Shown here piece by piece: positions 1 through 15,859 of a DNA stretch of 64,000 bases. The translations under genes and the position numbers were made by a program. Where the stretch lies: the NCBI RefSeq assembly GCF_009914755.1, contig NC_060928.1; one strand, written 5' to 3'. How positions within the stretch are numbered: the stretch's first letter is position 1; each line of letters begins with the position of its first letter. The notes under the pieces are model-generated. The model was not told where the DNA came from, did not search any database, and saw nothing but the letters and a program-made list of their open reading frames with translations. The DNA is from the human T2T-CHM13v2.0 reference genome, Homo sapiens.

Positions 1-400
<400 letters not shown>

Positions 401-1819
401 ATTTCCTTCTTTCTTGACTTGGACAGTGGGTCTACAACTAAAATCTGAAGACTAGGAGGCTGTGATCTGGCAATTACCTTGAGAAAAGCTGAAACAATTA
501 GCATAAGCAAAGAAAAAGAGATGCAACAGAGAAAATATTGAGCATATTTCTAGAGGAGCTTAAATTTCCTGCATTTCTCTTTCCTCAATATGATTAACAT
601 GAAATTCTATAGGCTACTCTTTGATAATGTGATTCACTTCAGTGATTACAATTAAAAACTGTAGTGTTTTATGTATTTTGAAAGACACCTCTATTCCTCT
701 GCCCACCAGCAGGGTTATACAATGTTTTATCCGTTTATTTCCAACAGAAGCCAGATGTTTACCATGCTGGTAATGTTCTGCAGATATGTCTTGCTGCTTC
801 AAAATGTTATCATGCAGTATTATTATAGTTCCTATTGTAGAACCATCCTCCTATGGCTCATTTTAAGTTTTGTCTCTTCTGAATTCTCTATAGGGAGTTT
901 TGTTTTAAAACGAATCTTCCCAGTTAACAAGGACTGGGTTAAAGTGAGAAATGTAATGACCGTTCTATTGTAAGGTAAAACAGTCTTACAAATATCTGAA
1001 CCAGTAGGCCAATCTAATTAATTAATCTAATCTAATTACTTAATTGGAGTAGCCAAAAGCAGTATGCAGAGATTAGGACACAAAAGTGGTCTAACTGTGT
1101 AGCAGCTGGATCCGAGGTTTGCCAGCGAGCTCTAGTAGGATTCCAGATGTTCCTGTCCAATCCCAGGATGAGAAATGTCAACTGATGTCAACCCTGCCAA
1201 AAGATGTTATTTCTTTAGTGCTGGAATATCTCCCATCCATTAGCCTCCAATGAAAGCGATGAGTGATTCTCATTTGCCATTTTTTTTTTTCCCTTTCAGG
1301 AATGATCCTGAGAAAGCAAAACACACCAACAGCAGGTAGCAAATAAAATAAAAACTGCTTAGCTTGATGCCAAGTAAATTCTATTTTCTTTGCATTCTGG
1401 TCAACATAAAATGCAATATTAATGGATAAATTAAAAAGCTTGTATGACTTCAGAGAGGATCACTGGAGTACTAGTCATAAATGGCTAGAGGTTTTAAAAG
1501 AGTAAGGATTTGAAGCTTGCAAGATCAGCCAGATATAGCAGAAAGGTCATGGGTATTTGGATGAGACATGTAGTACTTTCAGCCATATATCATTAGTTCA
1601 AAAGTTTCTTATGAGCTCCAGACCCTCGTTATGAGTAATTGTCCCACAGATAGTACACATTCAACATATCCTAAGTGGAACTCATGTTTCCCTTTAACCT
1701 TTGTCTCCCCTTCCTCCCACTCTTTCTCTTCCTACTGTGGTGGTTGTGGGAGTAAGAACACTGAAACCAATGTGGGCAATAATCTTGATTTTGTCTTGCC
1801 ATCAAATCCAATCAGACTC

Positions 1820-2749
1820 TATGGCATACACTCACAGCTACCTACCCAATATCCATTCTTCCTTTCTTTCCTACTCAGAACACTGATTTTGTTTAAGTGC
1901 AGTAATATACTCCAATAAAAATACTCACCCCTTGAGACTCTAGGGGTGATCATATAACCCGCTATCGGCCAGTGGGATAAGAGTGGAAGTCTCTTAGAAC
2001 TTTTGGGAATCCTATCTTTTTCCTGATATTAAATAACAGGCTAAGTTGGCTCAAAGTTTTTGCCTTCCTCTTTCTCATTTCCTTTCCTGAACGCAGAAAC
2101 AATGCCTGCAGAAACAATGCCTGCAGATAGAACATACGTTTTTCAACCATGAAGATAAGAGCCACATGCTTTAGATGATAGAGCAGGAAGCTAGGAAGAA
2201 CCTAACCTTTGACGGCTTCCTTGAGTGGACACAGATTCTTGGACAGTCTATACCCAGACTTTTGTAATGTAAGAAAACTAAAACTTATTTGGTTGAGCCA
2301 TTGCAGTGGATTTCTATTACATGAAACCAAATGCAATTTGCTATGGTTCGAATATTGGTCTGCTTCAAAACTCTTGTTAAAATGCAATCCCCAATGTTGG
2401 CAGTATTGAGAGTTATGTTTGTTAAGAGGTGATTGGGTCATGAAGGCTCAGCCTTCATGAATGAATTAATTAATTCATGAATTCATGTCATGGGAGTGGA
2501 ACTGGTGGCTTTATAAGAAGATGAAGAAAAATCTGAGCTAGCACACTCAGTTCCCTTGTTGTGTGATGTCCTGTACCAATTTGGGACTTGGCAGACTAGC
2601 AAGAAGGTCCTCACCAGATGAATTCCCTTAACCTTGGGCTTCCCAGCCTTCAGAACTGTAAGAAATAAATTTCATTTCTTCATTACCCAGTTTTAGGTAT
2701 TCTGTTATAAACAACAAAAAATGAACTGAAACACAACCCTAACTACACA
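1820..2749 (+). mobile_element. MLT1 (I/J-like) solo LTR, interrupted near its 3' end by an MST LTR
   Basis: Starts TATGGCATACACT...CTACCCAATATCCATTC. 3' part reads GGTTGAGCCATTGC...AAATGCAA | CCCTAACTACACA across the insert. Confidence 0.65.
2339..2733 (+). mobile_element. MaLR solo LTR (MSTC/MSTD-like)
   Basis: TGCTATGG start; CTTCCCAGCCTTCAGAACTGTAAGAAATAAAT; ends GAACTGAAACA. Degenerate 5-bp TSD CAATT/CAACC. Confidence 0.85.
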
Positions 2750-3225
2750 ACCCCCATGTTTGTTGTCTTTACCTATGCAATATCTCTCAGACCTCTCTGC
2801 TTCTCTCCATCCCCACTGTCTTTTCTCTGGTTTAGATCATTATCCCCTTTTTCCAGAGTTTACTGCAATAGCCTCCTAGTTATGCTTTCTGCCATCAGTA
2901 CTGTTCTTTTTCTGGATTGTCCTTAATGTGGCCAGAGTGTTCAAAAATTCAATATTAATCTTTTATGCCTTGCTTAGAGCAGTTCAGTGTTTCCTCATGA
3001 CTTTGTACGTAAACCTGAACTCTTCCTCATGACTTACAGGGCCCTGTACACCTTCCTAACCTCATCTCTTGTCACTCTCTGCCTTGAACTCTGTACTCAA
3101 GCCATGTTTAACTTCCAATTCCTTAAATACATCATATTCTTTCTGTTTTTGGATTTTTGCAAATGCAAGTCCTTACTGTATAATCTTCTGATTGGCTAAC
3201 TCCTACTTATTCTATAGGCCTCAGT
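2750..3225 (+). mobile_element. L2 fragment
   Basis: CTCTCCATCCCCACTG...TACTGCAATAGCCTCCTA...GGCTAACTCCTACTT are typical L2 3' region motifs. Confidence 0.7.
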
Positions 3226-3229
3226 AGTT

Positions 3230-3530
3230 GGATACACAGGGGAATACTCATTTAATGAGATGGAAAAGACTCAAGAAAGAAGCATTTGGTTTTAAATGTA
3301 TTAAGTTTGGAATATTGATTAATGATCAAAGTTGAGATGTCCAGGATACAGTTCAATACAGGAGTTGGAAGCTGAGAGGAAAAGTCACAGCTGGAGATAC
3401 ACCTTCAGGAGTCAACAACATCAAGATTGTATTTGAAAACATGGAAAGAATGAGAGCAGTTGGTGAAGGAATAGAGATAAGCAGGGTGCAGGACCAAGCA
3501 ACACTTGGTGGTCTAGGGAATGGGGAGCTG
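3230..3530 (-). mobile_element. L2 fragment
   Basis: GAGATGTCCAGG...GCTGGAGATAC...GGAGTCAAC...GTATTTGAAAACATGG matches antisense L2. Confidence 0.65.
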
Positions 3531-4077
3531 TCAAAGGACAGTCTTTAGTCTACTACATTGTAGTTTTTGTTGTTTGTTTCTTTTTACCAATATGTAGAGC
3601 TGGACTCCAAGCTCCATGAAAGTAGTGTCCCTACCTGTTTGATTTACCATTTTATCCTTGGTGTCCAGCAAAATGCCTGCTATATAGTAGCCATTCAGTG
3701 TAACTTTCTTCAAGGAAATAATAGACATGAATTCAACTCCTGCCTACATTATTAACTGGAGAACCTGTACACCTTGTTTCTTATTTCTGTAAGAAGACTA
3801 AATAAAATAGTTTTTAAGATTTGTTTCAGTTCTAAAATCCTGATTTTAGAGTGCCTGTGTTCTATACCCAGCAAGCCAACATCCCAGATTTCTGCATCTA
3901 TCCTGTGATTTGGGATTAGTAAATGTATCCACTGGTAACTTAGAAAGTGAAACGTTTTGATGTGGCTTCTGATATATCATTTTTCCTCTAGGCTACCAGT
4001 GTCCTCTTCTCTAAAGTGAGGGATTTTGACTGCAGCGCCCCTACAGCCCCTCATAGCTTAAAAATTCTGCATTCCAT

Positions 4078-5016
4078 TGTAGGGGAGGCTAAAAATCGCA
4101 CTACCTTAGTTCTTATGTGAGATCTTTGGCTGTGTCTAGGAACTAGATTGATGCAACACAGACTGACCAGAGAAAAGCATACAGGCTTTATCAATTTCAC
4201 ATGTACATGGGGATCTTTACAAGAGAGCAACATCTGAAGGAATAGCCAAAGCAAGATGCTTTTATACTTTGTATACAAATAGTGATACATTCATGAAGAA
4301 ATGACAGGACAAAGGGATCTCTAGGCTAGGAGCAGTAAATTCTAAGGGTATCACTAGGAGATATATTGGGGGTGTAAAGCTAGTGGAAGATAAGGGTTAC
4401 TTCAGGGAGTTTATTCAGGCCCACAGCAGCAACAATATCCTCTCTGGTGATCAGAGGTTATTTTTTCACCCTGGTATGGGGAAAGGCACCCCTCCCAAAG
4501 GAATTCTTATGGCTTGCTGTAGGAAATGGCAGATCAGATAGCTTTTTCTGCAAGTACACTTTCTCCAATATTTTCTGCATGAAATAATCAATATACAAAG
4601 CAGTCATATTTTGGGATGGCATGTGTATTAATCTGTTCTCATGCTGCTAATAAAGATATGCCCGAGACCGGGTAATATATAAAGGAAAGAGGTTTAATTG
4701 ACTCACAGTTCCCCATGGCTGGGAAGGCCTCACAATCATGGTGGAGGGCGAAAGGAGAGCAAGACACATCTTACATGGTGGCAGGCAAGGCAAGAGAGCT
4801 TTTGCAGGGGAACTCCCCTTTTTATAAAACCATCAGATCTTATGTGACTTATTTACTTTCATGAGAACAGCACAGGAAAAGCCCATCCTCAAGATTCAAT
4901 TACCTCCCACCAGGTCCCTCCCATGACTTGTGGGAATTATGGTGGGAGCTGCAATTCAAGATGAGATTTAGGTGGAGACACAGCCAAACCATATCAGCAT
5001 GTCCCTAGCTCCTTCA
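4078..5016 (-). mobile_element. ERV1-class solo LTR (MER34/MER39 family), interrupted by THE1
   Basis: TG...CA termini (TGTAGGGGAGG...CCTTCA); CATATTTTGGGATGGCAT motif; 4-bp TSD CCAT at 4074-4077 and 5017-5020. Confidence 0.75.
4624..4996 (-). mobile_element. THE1 (C/D-like) solo LTR
   Basis: TGTATTAATCTGTTCTCATGCTGCTAATAAAGA...CAGCCAAACCATATCA; perfect 5-bp TSD GCATG at 4619-4623 and 4997-5001. Confidence 0.95.
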
Positions 5017-5128
5017 CCATATATATTGGAAAGAATATTAATAAGAGCTAACTTGGATTTTCTACCTTTTGTGGGCTTCATACTTTCCCAAGTCATTTCT
5101 TGGAAATAATTTCTTTGAATTATCCTCT

Positions 5129-6012
5129 TATTATGGGCTTCATTGTATCTCCCCCACAATCTGTATGTTGAAGCTCTAACCCCCAGTACATCAGAATGTG
5201 ACTGGACTTGGAGATAAGGCCTTGTCTTAGACCATTTTTTAATTGCTTATGTCAGAATATATAAGACTAATTTATTTTTAAAAAGAAATTTATTTCTTAT
5301 AGTTATGGAGGGTGGGAAGTCCCAGGTTGAGGGACTACATCTGGCAAGGGCCTTCTTGCTGGTGAGGACACTCTGCAGAGTCCCAAGGCAGCTCAGGGCA
5401 TCACATGGAAGGGACTGAGTGTGCTGGCTCAGGTCTCTCTTCCTCTTCTTATAAAGCCACCAGTCCCACTTTCATGATAATCCATTGATCCATTAACCCA
5501 TTAATCCATTAATCCATGAATAGATTAATCCATTTATGAGGGTATAGCCCTCATGATTACCTCTTAAAGGACCCACCTCTCCACACTGCCATGTTGGAAA
5601 CGAAATTTCAACAATGAGTCTTGTGGGGCACAAATATTCAACCTGTCACAGGTCCTTAAAGAGGCAATTTAGTTAAAATAAAGTTATTGGGGTGAATCCT
5701 AATCTAATATGACTGGTGTCTTTATAAGAAGAGATTAAGAAAGACAAAATAAGAAAATGAGAGAGAAAGGATGAGAGCAAGAGAATGAGAGAGAGAGAGA
5801 GACCAGGCATGTGCACACACAAATCACTATGTGAACACATAAGTGAGAAGGCAACTGTGTGAAAGCCAGTGAGAGAGGCCTCAAAGAAATTAAACCTTCT
5901 AGCACCTTGATCTTGGACTTCCAGCCTCCAGAACTTTGAGGAAATACATTTCTGTTGTTTAAGCCACCCAATCTGTGACATTTTGTTATGTCAGCTCTAG
6001 CAAACTCATACA
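5129..6012 (+). mobile_element. MLT1A/B-like solo LTR, interrupted by an MST LTR
   Basis: TATGTTGAAGCTCTAACCCCCAG...GGACTTCCAGCCTCCAGAACT...GCAAACTCATACA; TSD CCTCT/CCACT. Confidence 0.88.
5223..5650 (-). mobile_element. MaLR solo LTR (MSTC/MSTD-like)
   Basis: TGTCTTAG start; CCATTAATCCATTAATCCATGAAT signature; degenerate TSD GGCCT/GGTCC. Confidence 0.85.
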
Positions 6013-6269
6013 CCACTTAATACATGTAAAAATCTTGTGAGTTTGATATTCTTTTCCTAACCACATTTACAGGTGAGGACACAGAGTTTAGTGAGGTGAA
6101 GTGATACAGTTAGCTCATGGTCTTAACCACTACACTCTAATTGAAGCAATGCAAGTGGAAGTGAAGTAAGAAAACCAAGCTTGTAAGCCAATAATAATGA
6201 ACACCTGTTGAATATTTGGTAGGCATAATTGTATGCAATTTTTATGTATGAATTTATTCTTCATAACGC

Positions 6270-6832
6270 TAGTTGTTAGCTATTGCTGACTAACAAATTA
6301 TCACATAAATCATAAATCATCAAACAGTTGCTTAAAACCACAAACATTTATTATCTCACAGGTTTTATGAGTAAAAAAATCTGGTGACATCTTGGCTGGG
6401 TACCTCTTACTCTGAGCCTCTCATAAAACCATATTCAAGATCTCAGATGGAGGTGTAGTCCTTGCAGGGCCCTTGCAGGGCTCACACTGTGGTTGTTGGC
6501 AGGATTTAGTTTCTTACAAATGATTGGACTGAGGGTTCAGGTCATCACTGGGTGTTGGCCAGAGGCCTCCCTCAGTTCCTTGCCATGTGTACCTCTCCAT
6601 TGGACATCTCTCAACGTGGAAGCTGGCTTTCATCAGAGCAAGCAAGAGACAACAGAATGGAAGAGCAAGACAGACGTTTCAGTCTTCGTGTAACCCAATC
6701 TCAGAAGTGACATCCCCTTGATTTTGCCATATTTCATTGATGAGAAGCACGTCATTAGGTCCAGCCTATACTTAAGTGGAGGTGAATACAGGACATGTAT
6801 ATCAGGAGGTTGGCGAACTGGTTGTCTACTAT
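6270..6832 (-). mobile_element. MLT1E/F-like LTR inserted in a MIR
   Basis: GTTAGCTATTGCTG...AAACATTTATTATCTCACAG...TCAGAAGTGACATCCC; antisense MIR sequence on both sides (about 6195-6270 and 6832-6960). Confidence 0.8.
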
Positions 6833-7099
6833 GGATGAGCGAAGCTGAAGCACAGAAACGTCAAACAACGTGCTCAAAGTCACACAGCCAGTAAATGGCA
6901 AATGACAGCTAGTCAACTCTGCGTCCTGTGTTCTTCCGCTTTATGCTACAATGCTTCGCTATGCATAATACATCAAATGCTATCAGCAAATATTGGAAAA
7001 AAACCTTTGGAGTAGTGGTAATGGACCAAATCCAGAGTTGCCCTGTACTATTGCAAAATCAGTTATTGTGTTGGGGGCTGAAGGGGGAGCAGTCTGTAG

Positions 7100-7316
7100 C
7101 AGCAGTCAGCCACCCTCTTTTGTAAAGGGCCGTATAGTATTTAAAGCATTGTCCATATGGTTTCTGTGTCCAACTATTCAACTCTGCTGCTGTAGCTCGA
7201 AAGCAGACATAGATAGTAGTTAAATCAATGGGTGTGGTTGTGTTTCAGTGAAATTTTACTTACAAAAGCAGGCTGCAGGCTGGATTTGCCTGCAGACTAC
7301 AGTGTGCCAACTCCTG
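7100..7316 (+). mobile_element. MER58A (hAT-Charlie MITE)
   Basis: TGTAAAGGGCC...CAACTATTCAACTCTGC...TGCCAACTCCTG; degenerate 8-bp TSD GTCTGTAG/GTCTGAAT. Confidence 0.88.
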
Positions 7317-7942
7317 GTCTGAATCACCGTGGGCACATAGATGTGCCAAGGAATTCTTAATGTTGTTAAAGCTAGGATGACTTGCTGTATTGAGATCTCA
7401 GGAGTCACTGAACCAAAGAATGCAGCAGAAACCATTTCAAAGCAATAGAAGCAAAGAAGGTTGATGTATTATTCCTTGGTCCCTATTCCCCTCAAGACAC
7501 CCCTAGCGTGCATTTAGCCTTTGCCACTCTATGCGCCTTGAACAACTTGTTTCAATTTGAGGGAAGGAATGCTTCCTTGAATTTTCTTTTAGGCTTTCAT
7601 CCTATTGTATTCTGGTTAGTTCTTTCTTTGCCCAATGCCTGAGTCCTTTTCCCTTCTTATCAAGCTCCTTGCCCTAGGTCTGGCATTTTTCAGGTTGTTA
7701 ACATCTTTGCATTATACCCAAGGTTTCTCTTGTAGTTCCCATTATGTTCCCTTAGGTGGAAAGGATCAAATTTCCCTGGGAGTTTCCTAAGTTTCCTAAC
7801 TCCTGAAGAGGAATGCTCGAAAACTCTAGGTGACACCTTGGGCAGAGGCATATCATAGAACTTACCTAAAATTAAGAGTGAGCCCTGGACCCTAGTGAGT
7901 TCTAATTTTGAAAGATGTCTCTATCAAACAGACAGGATATAG

Positions 7943-9604
<1,662 letters not shown>

Positions 9605-9837
9605 GAATGTGAAGTTTCATAAAACCAAGCCCACTGGGTGACAATATGTAACCTCACAAATGGTCCCCGATAAACTTTTAAAATGTAATCTAAAAAGTTA
9701 ACTACTTATGTCAGGGTTTCATCACATAGCAAACCAGTAATTCTACTTTTAGTGTGTTTTCTTTCTCACAGGAAAAAATTATCTGCTAGGAAAAAAATAT
9801 TTGCAGCCACTGCCTTAGTCTTTATATTCTGAGTCAT

Positions 9838-9948
9838 TATATATATAATATTTAATTTATATTAAATATATAATATTTAATATATATCAAATATTATATA
9901 ACAATTTATATTAAATATTATATAATATTTAATATACTTTACATATTA
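9838..9948. repeat. AT-rich low-complexity tract containing a 30-bp perfect palindrome
   Basis: Almost only A/T; 9907-9936 TATATTAAATATTATATAATATTTAATATA is self-complementary. Confidence 0.9.
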
Positions 9949-11116
9949 AAGCTGCTGGTAGCAGCTTTGGTGGTGATATGATCAACAGTTCCCTAGCTAT
10001 TTGCCTAGGGCATTGTTAGTCTTTTATACTTATTTATTTTTTTTATTTTGTGCCTTGGATCTCCTAACACTTAATAATATAATTTACTTTGATTACACTG
10101 CAGATGGGCCTCTCTCGGACTCAGCTTTAAAAATTAATGCATTTAATTTTAGTAGAAGTGTGCAACAAGACAGCAGGTGACACAGCTAAGTGAGAGAAGG
10201 GTTCCTAATTACACTTCTAAATCAAACTGTGCTCCGAGTGCCCTTCTGGGGTTAAGTACTGCAGAAATCTAGGGCAATTGTTGATTGCTGACTCAGTTTT
10301 CCCAAGCTGTAAAATGGGGAGGGGAGTATATTTTTATTCAAGACATCCAGAATCCAAATATTTAAAATTTATATTCACTACTCTTCCTAAAGCATAGTGT
10401 TTAGGGATGCTTAGCAATGAATGACTCCCTTTTTTCCCCTGTAGGCAGTTTTCTGAATTCCACTCAGCATCACCTGCTGTTTTATTACACATTTTCTCAT
10501 AATTGCTTTTGTGTAATCAGGTTTTGTAGGATAAATAAAAAAATGACTAGTCATATTTCAAGATATGGAATCCAGGGAGCACCTCAGCATTATTTTAAGA
10601 TTATTTAAAAATGGATTAATTGCATCCTTTTCTTCCTTCTCATAACAATATTTTCTCATTAGGCTGGATTTATTTATCACATTGCTTTTCGTGTTGTAGT
10701 TTTTGCCATGTGAATGAATTATAGACTTTTTCAGAGAGACTTTTAAATGACTAGGTGACGATTTCTTCGCTGTGCCATTTGTAAGTGTCACAGTGATGAA
10801 GAAAGCAGCTTTTTAATTTTTTTTCTGCATAAGAAATTAAGATATACTTTTGGGAAGGGTGTGGATCATGTTTCAAGGAGCAGGGTCCAATTACTAAATT
10901 TCAAGAAGGAAAATGTTTAATTGAGATGAAGCCTTGATATATTTTGACGGAGATGGCATTTTGGAGGCAGTTGACTTTGTTGATTAACATGTTTTAAAAT
11001 GTTTTGGCACTTGGCTGGAAGTAGGATCTTTTAAGTCTGGAGTTCTAGGCAAGAAAATAAACATGAATGAATTCAGAGTTGAACATGAGTTTACCGTAAG
11101 AATACTTAACTAAGCA

Positions 11117-11337
<221 letters not shown>

Positions 11338-11589
11338 TGAAATGTTTTTGCTTAAAAATCCCAAAGCAGGCTCTTGATTTTAAAAGGGGTCCTGATAAGT
11401 AATTAGCATTCTATTGTAGGGAATTGAAAATAGAGACAGAGATCATATCGAATTTTCTAAATAGAAACCCTAAGAGTGGTGGAAATGGAAATTCACAAAA
11501 GAAGATAATGGATTTCAAAAACACTTGAGGTTCACTATGACCCAGAAGAGATGATGGGGGTTGAAAAGGTATGAAAAGAGGATTCATTA

Positions 11590-11749
11590 GAGACTTGTTC
11601 CCCAGAGTATAGTCCATGAACTGGCAGACACCATTGACATTACCTGGAGCTTGCTAGAAATGCACAGTCTTGGGCCTCACCAGAGACCAAACACATTTTA
11701 ACAAGATTCTTTTGTGATGTATGTGCACATTCAGGTTTGAGAAGCACTG
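11590..11749 (+). mobile_element. MER5A/B (hAT-Charlie), internally deleted
   Basis: CATTACCTGGAGCTTGCTAGAAATGCA...TTTTAACAAG...GTTTGAGAAGCACTG. Confidence 0.8.
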
Positions 11750-13084
11750 TTTTTGAGTAAGACACTGAAAATATTTTTTCTTTACCAATAATGCTTTAGT
11801 ATTTGTGGTTATATTTCCTTCACCATGTGTGGAGCCACACTATTTGATTCTACATTGAATAATACTTGCATAAGCACCCAAATGCAAACGCTGTTTTATA
11901 ATTTTGAGTTGCTGCATAGATGCATGTATAGGCAGAATCTGCTGCACTTGAGGTTAGAGTTACGAAACAGAATGTAAAGGTCATATACATTGACTACTTA
12001 ACAACAACAAAATGGGGGGTGAGAAGGGAAAGAAAGATAAGGAAAAGGATAAGTAAAGGAAGTAATTTTCTTCTCTTTAATAACAAGTTGTCAATACTGG
12101 TTAAAGTTGAAAATTCAAGAAATGGAGTTTGTCATATTCCAAGTTATAAAAATCTAATAATATAATCAACACAAATTGGTGGTTGAGGCAGGAAGGGAAG
12201 GTAGAAGGCAGTGTTAATGAACCAAATTATTTATCCTTCACAGCAAAGAGCTAATAGGTGCTGTCCAGGGTTCATAAATCATGAAATAAAGGCAGGAGCA
12301 TGTAGCAAATATGAACCATATTTCAAAAATCCAGGTATGTGAGAAATGTTACATTTCTTTATTGCTTCAAGTCCAGTTAAATCAAATGACAATCTTTTCC
12401 CTGATAATTTGGCAAGAACTAAATTATAGTTGGGATTAGGGATTCCCCCGCAACCTGTACTCATGTAGTTTAAGATTCCGCAACTTGAATAAACGGGAGG
12501 GTTCCTTTACATTGGAACTTCATTTTCTTCATCAGTCTGGTAGTGATGCTACTGCTTGTCCCACCCATTTCCCAGAGTTACTATGAATTTAAATCCAATT
12601 AAATTTATAGAACATTTACTTAGCACTTAACAACAAGTAGCTATCAAAATAAAGAGACACAAATAACTACTACAAGTTTCTATTTACATGGAGCATAAAC
12701 TCTAGTAGGCAGAGTAGAAAGACATGTACAAAAACACATGAGTCTCTGTATGTAAAAGAATTTGGAAAACTGTGAAGTATACCACAAGACTTGGGAACAA
12801 CGATGAGGCATTATTAATTTTCCCTAACATCATCATCTTGCTCCAGACTCTCTAGTTGTTAAGGAGATAGAAATATATTCTTAGTCATGGGTCCTTGTAA
12901 ATCTCTTAGTTTATCATCAGGAGTAAAAACATTGCTGCAACACTGGCTGCTCCTAAAATGAACAAATGTGCAGGAATGAATTTCTCTTTAGGCTAAAGGG
13001 AAGAAATGTGTTGCTCACATTTTCAAAATCCATGTGTTGATTCCCCAGTTCCTGGTCCTACATGTAAGGGTGGGGACTTGGTGT

Positions 13085-13428
13085 AGGGAAGGGATGAGTA
13101 GGTGGAACACAGATGGTTTTTAGGGCAGAGTAACTATTTTGTATGATACTACAGTGGTGGAAGCATGTCATTATACATTTGTCAAAAACTCTTACAATGT
13201 ACAACATCAAGAGTGGACATTAATGTAAACTACAGACTTTGGGTGCTAGTGATGTGTCAATGGAGGTTCATCAATTGTAAACATGTGTATCATTCTCATG
13301 TGAGATGTTCATCGTGGGTAGGCTGTGTGTGTGTGTGTAGGGACAGAGGGTATATGAAAATGATCTATACTTCTTTTATAATTTTGCTGTGAACCTAAAA
13401 TTTCCTTTAAAACGTTATAATTTAAAAA
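13085..13428 (+). mobile_element. L1MC-like 3' end
   Basis: TGTATGATACT...TGTCATTATACATTTGTCAAAA...AATGTAAACTACAGACTTTGGGTG...TTTTGCTGTGAACCTAAAA. Confidence 0.85.
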
Positions 13429-13498
13429 GTATGTTATAAAATTGTCCTCTCTTGTCAGTTTCTAACACTGAAAGCGTCAGAGACTATAAAAAAGGCAC

Positions 13499-13784
13499 TT
13501 TTTTTTTGAGATAGTCTCTCTCATTTCCCAGGCTGGATTGCAGTGGCAAGATCATGGCTCACTGCAGCCTCACACTCCTGGGCTCAAGGGATCCTCCCAA
13601 CTCAGCCTCCTGAGTAGCGGGGACTACAGGTGTGCACCACAATGGCCAGCAAATACTTGTATTTTTTGTAGAGTCCGGGTTTTATCATGTTGCTTAGGCT
13701 GGTCGAATTCCTGAGCTCAAGCAATCCTCCTGTCTTGGTCTCCTAAAGTGCCGGGATTACTGGTGTAAGCCACCATGTCAGGCC
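13499..13784 (-). mobile_element. AluJ
   Basis: GATCATGGCTCACTGCAGCCTC and CCTGGGCTCAAG are J-type diagnostics; poly(T) start. Confidence 0.93.
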
Positions 13785-13814
13785 AAAGGCTAATCCTTTA
13801 AAAAAGGATCTTAA

Positions 13815-14445
<631 letters not shown>

Positions 14446-15859
14446 TTAACTTTGCCTTCAGGTTAGTATCAACTGACCACATTTATTTATTTATTTAACA
14501 TGTTAGGCCTGAATAGATCTCCACACCTCATTGAATTTCACCCAGAGATGGGGCCTTGAGTGCAAGATGACACTACTGGAAAAGTAATATAGGGTTGGAC
14601 AGTGAAGGGCCTTGTGTGGACGTTGAGCAATGTTCACTTTATTTTCCTGGCATTGAGGACGTGTGGAAGGTTTGGAGATAGAAAAGCACATTAGTTAGGG
14701 AAGATGCAAAATCCCATCCCAGATTAGATTCTGAGATTATTGGCTTAAATGTTATTGTGTTGACTTTTTGTCATTTTACACATCTAGGTGGGCATCTTGT
14801 TCTATGTGATCATTGAGAATCTCAGCTCTTTCTAAGTCATTCCTTTTTCATCCCCTGAGCATTGTCTTCTGTATACTCAAAGCTACATCCCTGCCACTGC
14901 ATCCTGGGTTCCAGCCAAGAGGAAGGGGACAGAAAATATAGGAAAGTGTGTCTGTTGTCTGAAATCCTCAACACAGAAGGGACACGTGTCGCTGTTACTC
15001 ACTTTCCTTTGACAATAAGGCAGTCTTGTGGCCATGTCTAACTTCCGTCTGACTAGAGAGCCAAGATTTGGTGAAAACTTCATTATTAGGGATGATTTTG
15101 GTGAACACAATAGGGTAATGATTAGATAGATGTCTAAGGAAGTTCTGACTCTTAATTTTCTACAACATCTAGCATAGAACTGTCTATGTGGTAGGCATTT
15201 CATTAAAAATTGCTGGCTCATTTATTGAATAATAGATTGATATACCCAGGGTGAGGCTTGAGGGCATCTCCTGTACATACAGTGGCATGTGAAGATCTGC
15301 TAGTGGAACCAGCCCAACAATGCCTTCTTCAACACAATAGAGGAAAACTGGTTATTGAAGGTCCATTCTGCTCTGTTAGGTTCATGTCTGGGAAGTCTAC
15401 AGCCTCCATAAGACAACAGGGAATGATATGAGACCCCAAATCAGGAGGTTGGGAAATGATCCAATGTGCCACTCTACCTATTGCCAGGAAGGGGCTGACA
15501 ACAGTTGCTATATTGCATTTCTACCACCACAGTTTGTAGAGAGGGATTTTATGTGGAAGTCAAAATACGTTTTAATTAATGCTTTTTTGTCTTCCTTTAC
15601 TCTTTCCAATGGTGAAGAAAATGAATAGCGGTGGTGAGAGAAGCAGGCTCGAATGGGCAGTATTTTATCACAGACATTGTTTAGAACAGCTCTCCAATGA
15701 TAATATTATAAAGCTGACTAACTTTGTGCCAGTTTTTAAAATCATTATTTTAAAATTCACTACAGATAAGGCACCACCCTGCTGCTTACACTGGAGTGGG
15801 CTGCTCCCAACTCCCCACTCCTTGGTGTGCTATTTATTTTCTTCTTCCTTTGTTTTTCT

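Noticed and set aside
1279-1341. 36-nt exon candidate after a strong acceptor
   Set aside because: The donor CAG|GTAGCA is weak and there is no other support.
2461-2478. 18-bp palindrome ATGAATTAATTAATTCAT
   Set aside because: Lies in the low-complexity ATTAAT segment of an MST LTR and is explained by the element.
4031-4050. CTCF-like CAGCGCCCCTACAG (also GGCCCCCCCTGGAG at about 26288)
   Set aside because: Spacing or key positions deviate from the CTCF core; too weak without ChIP data.
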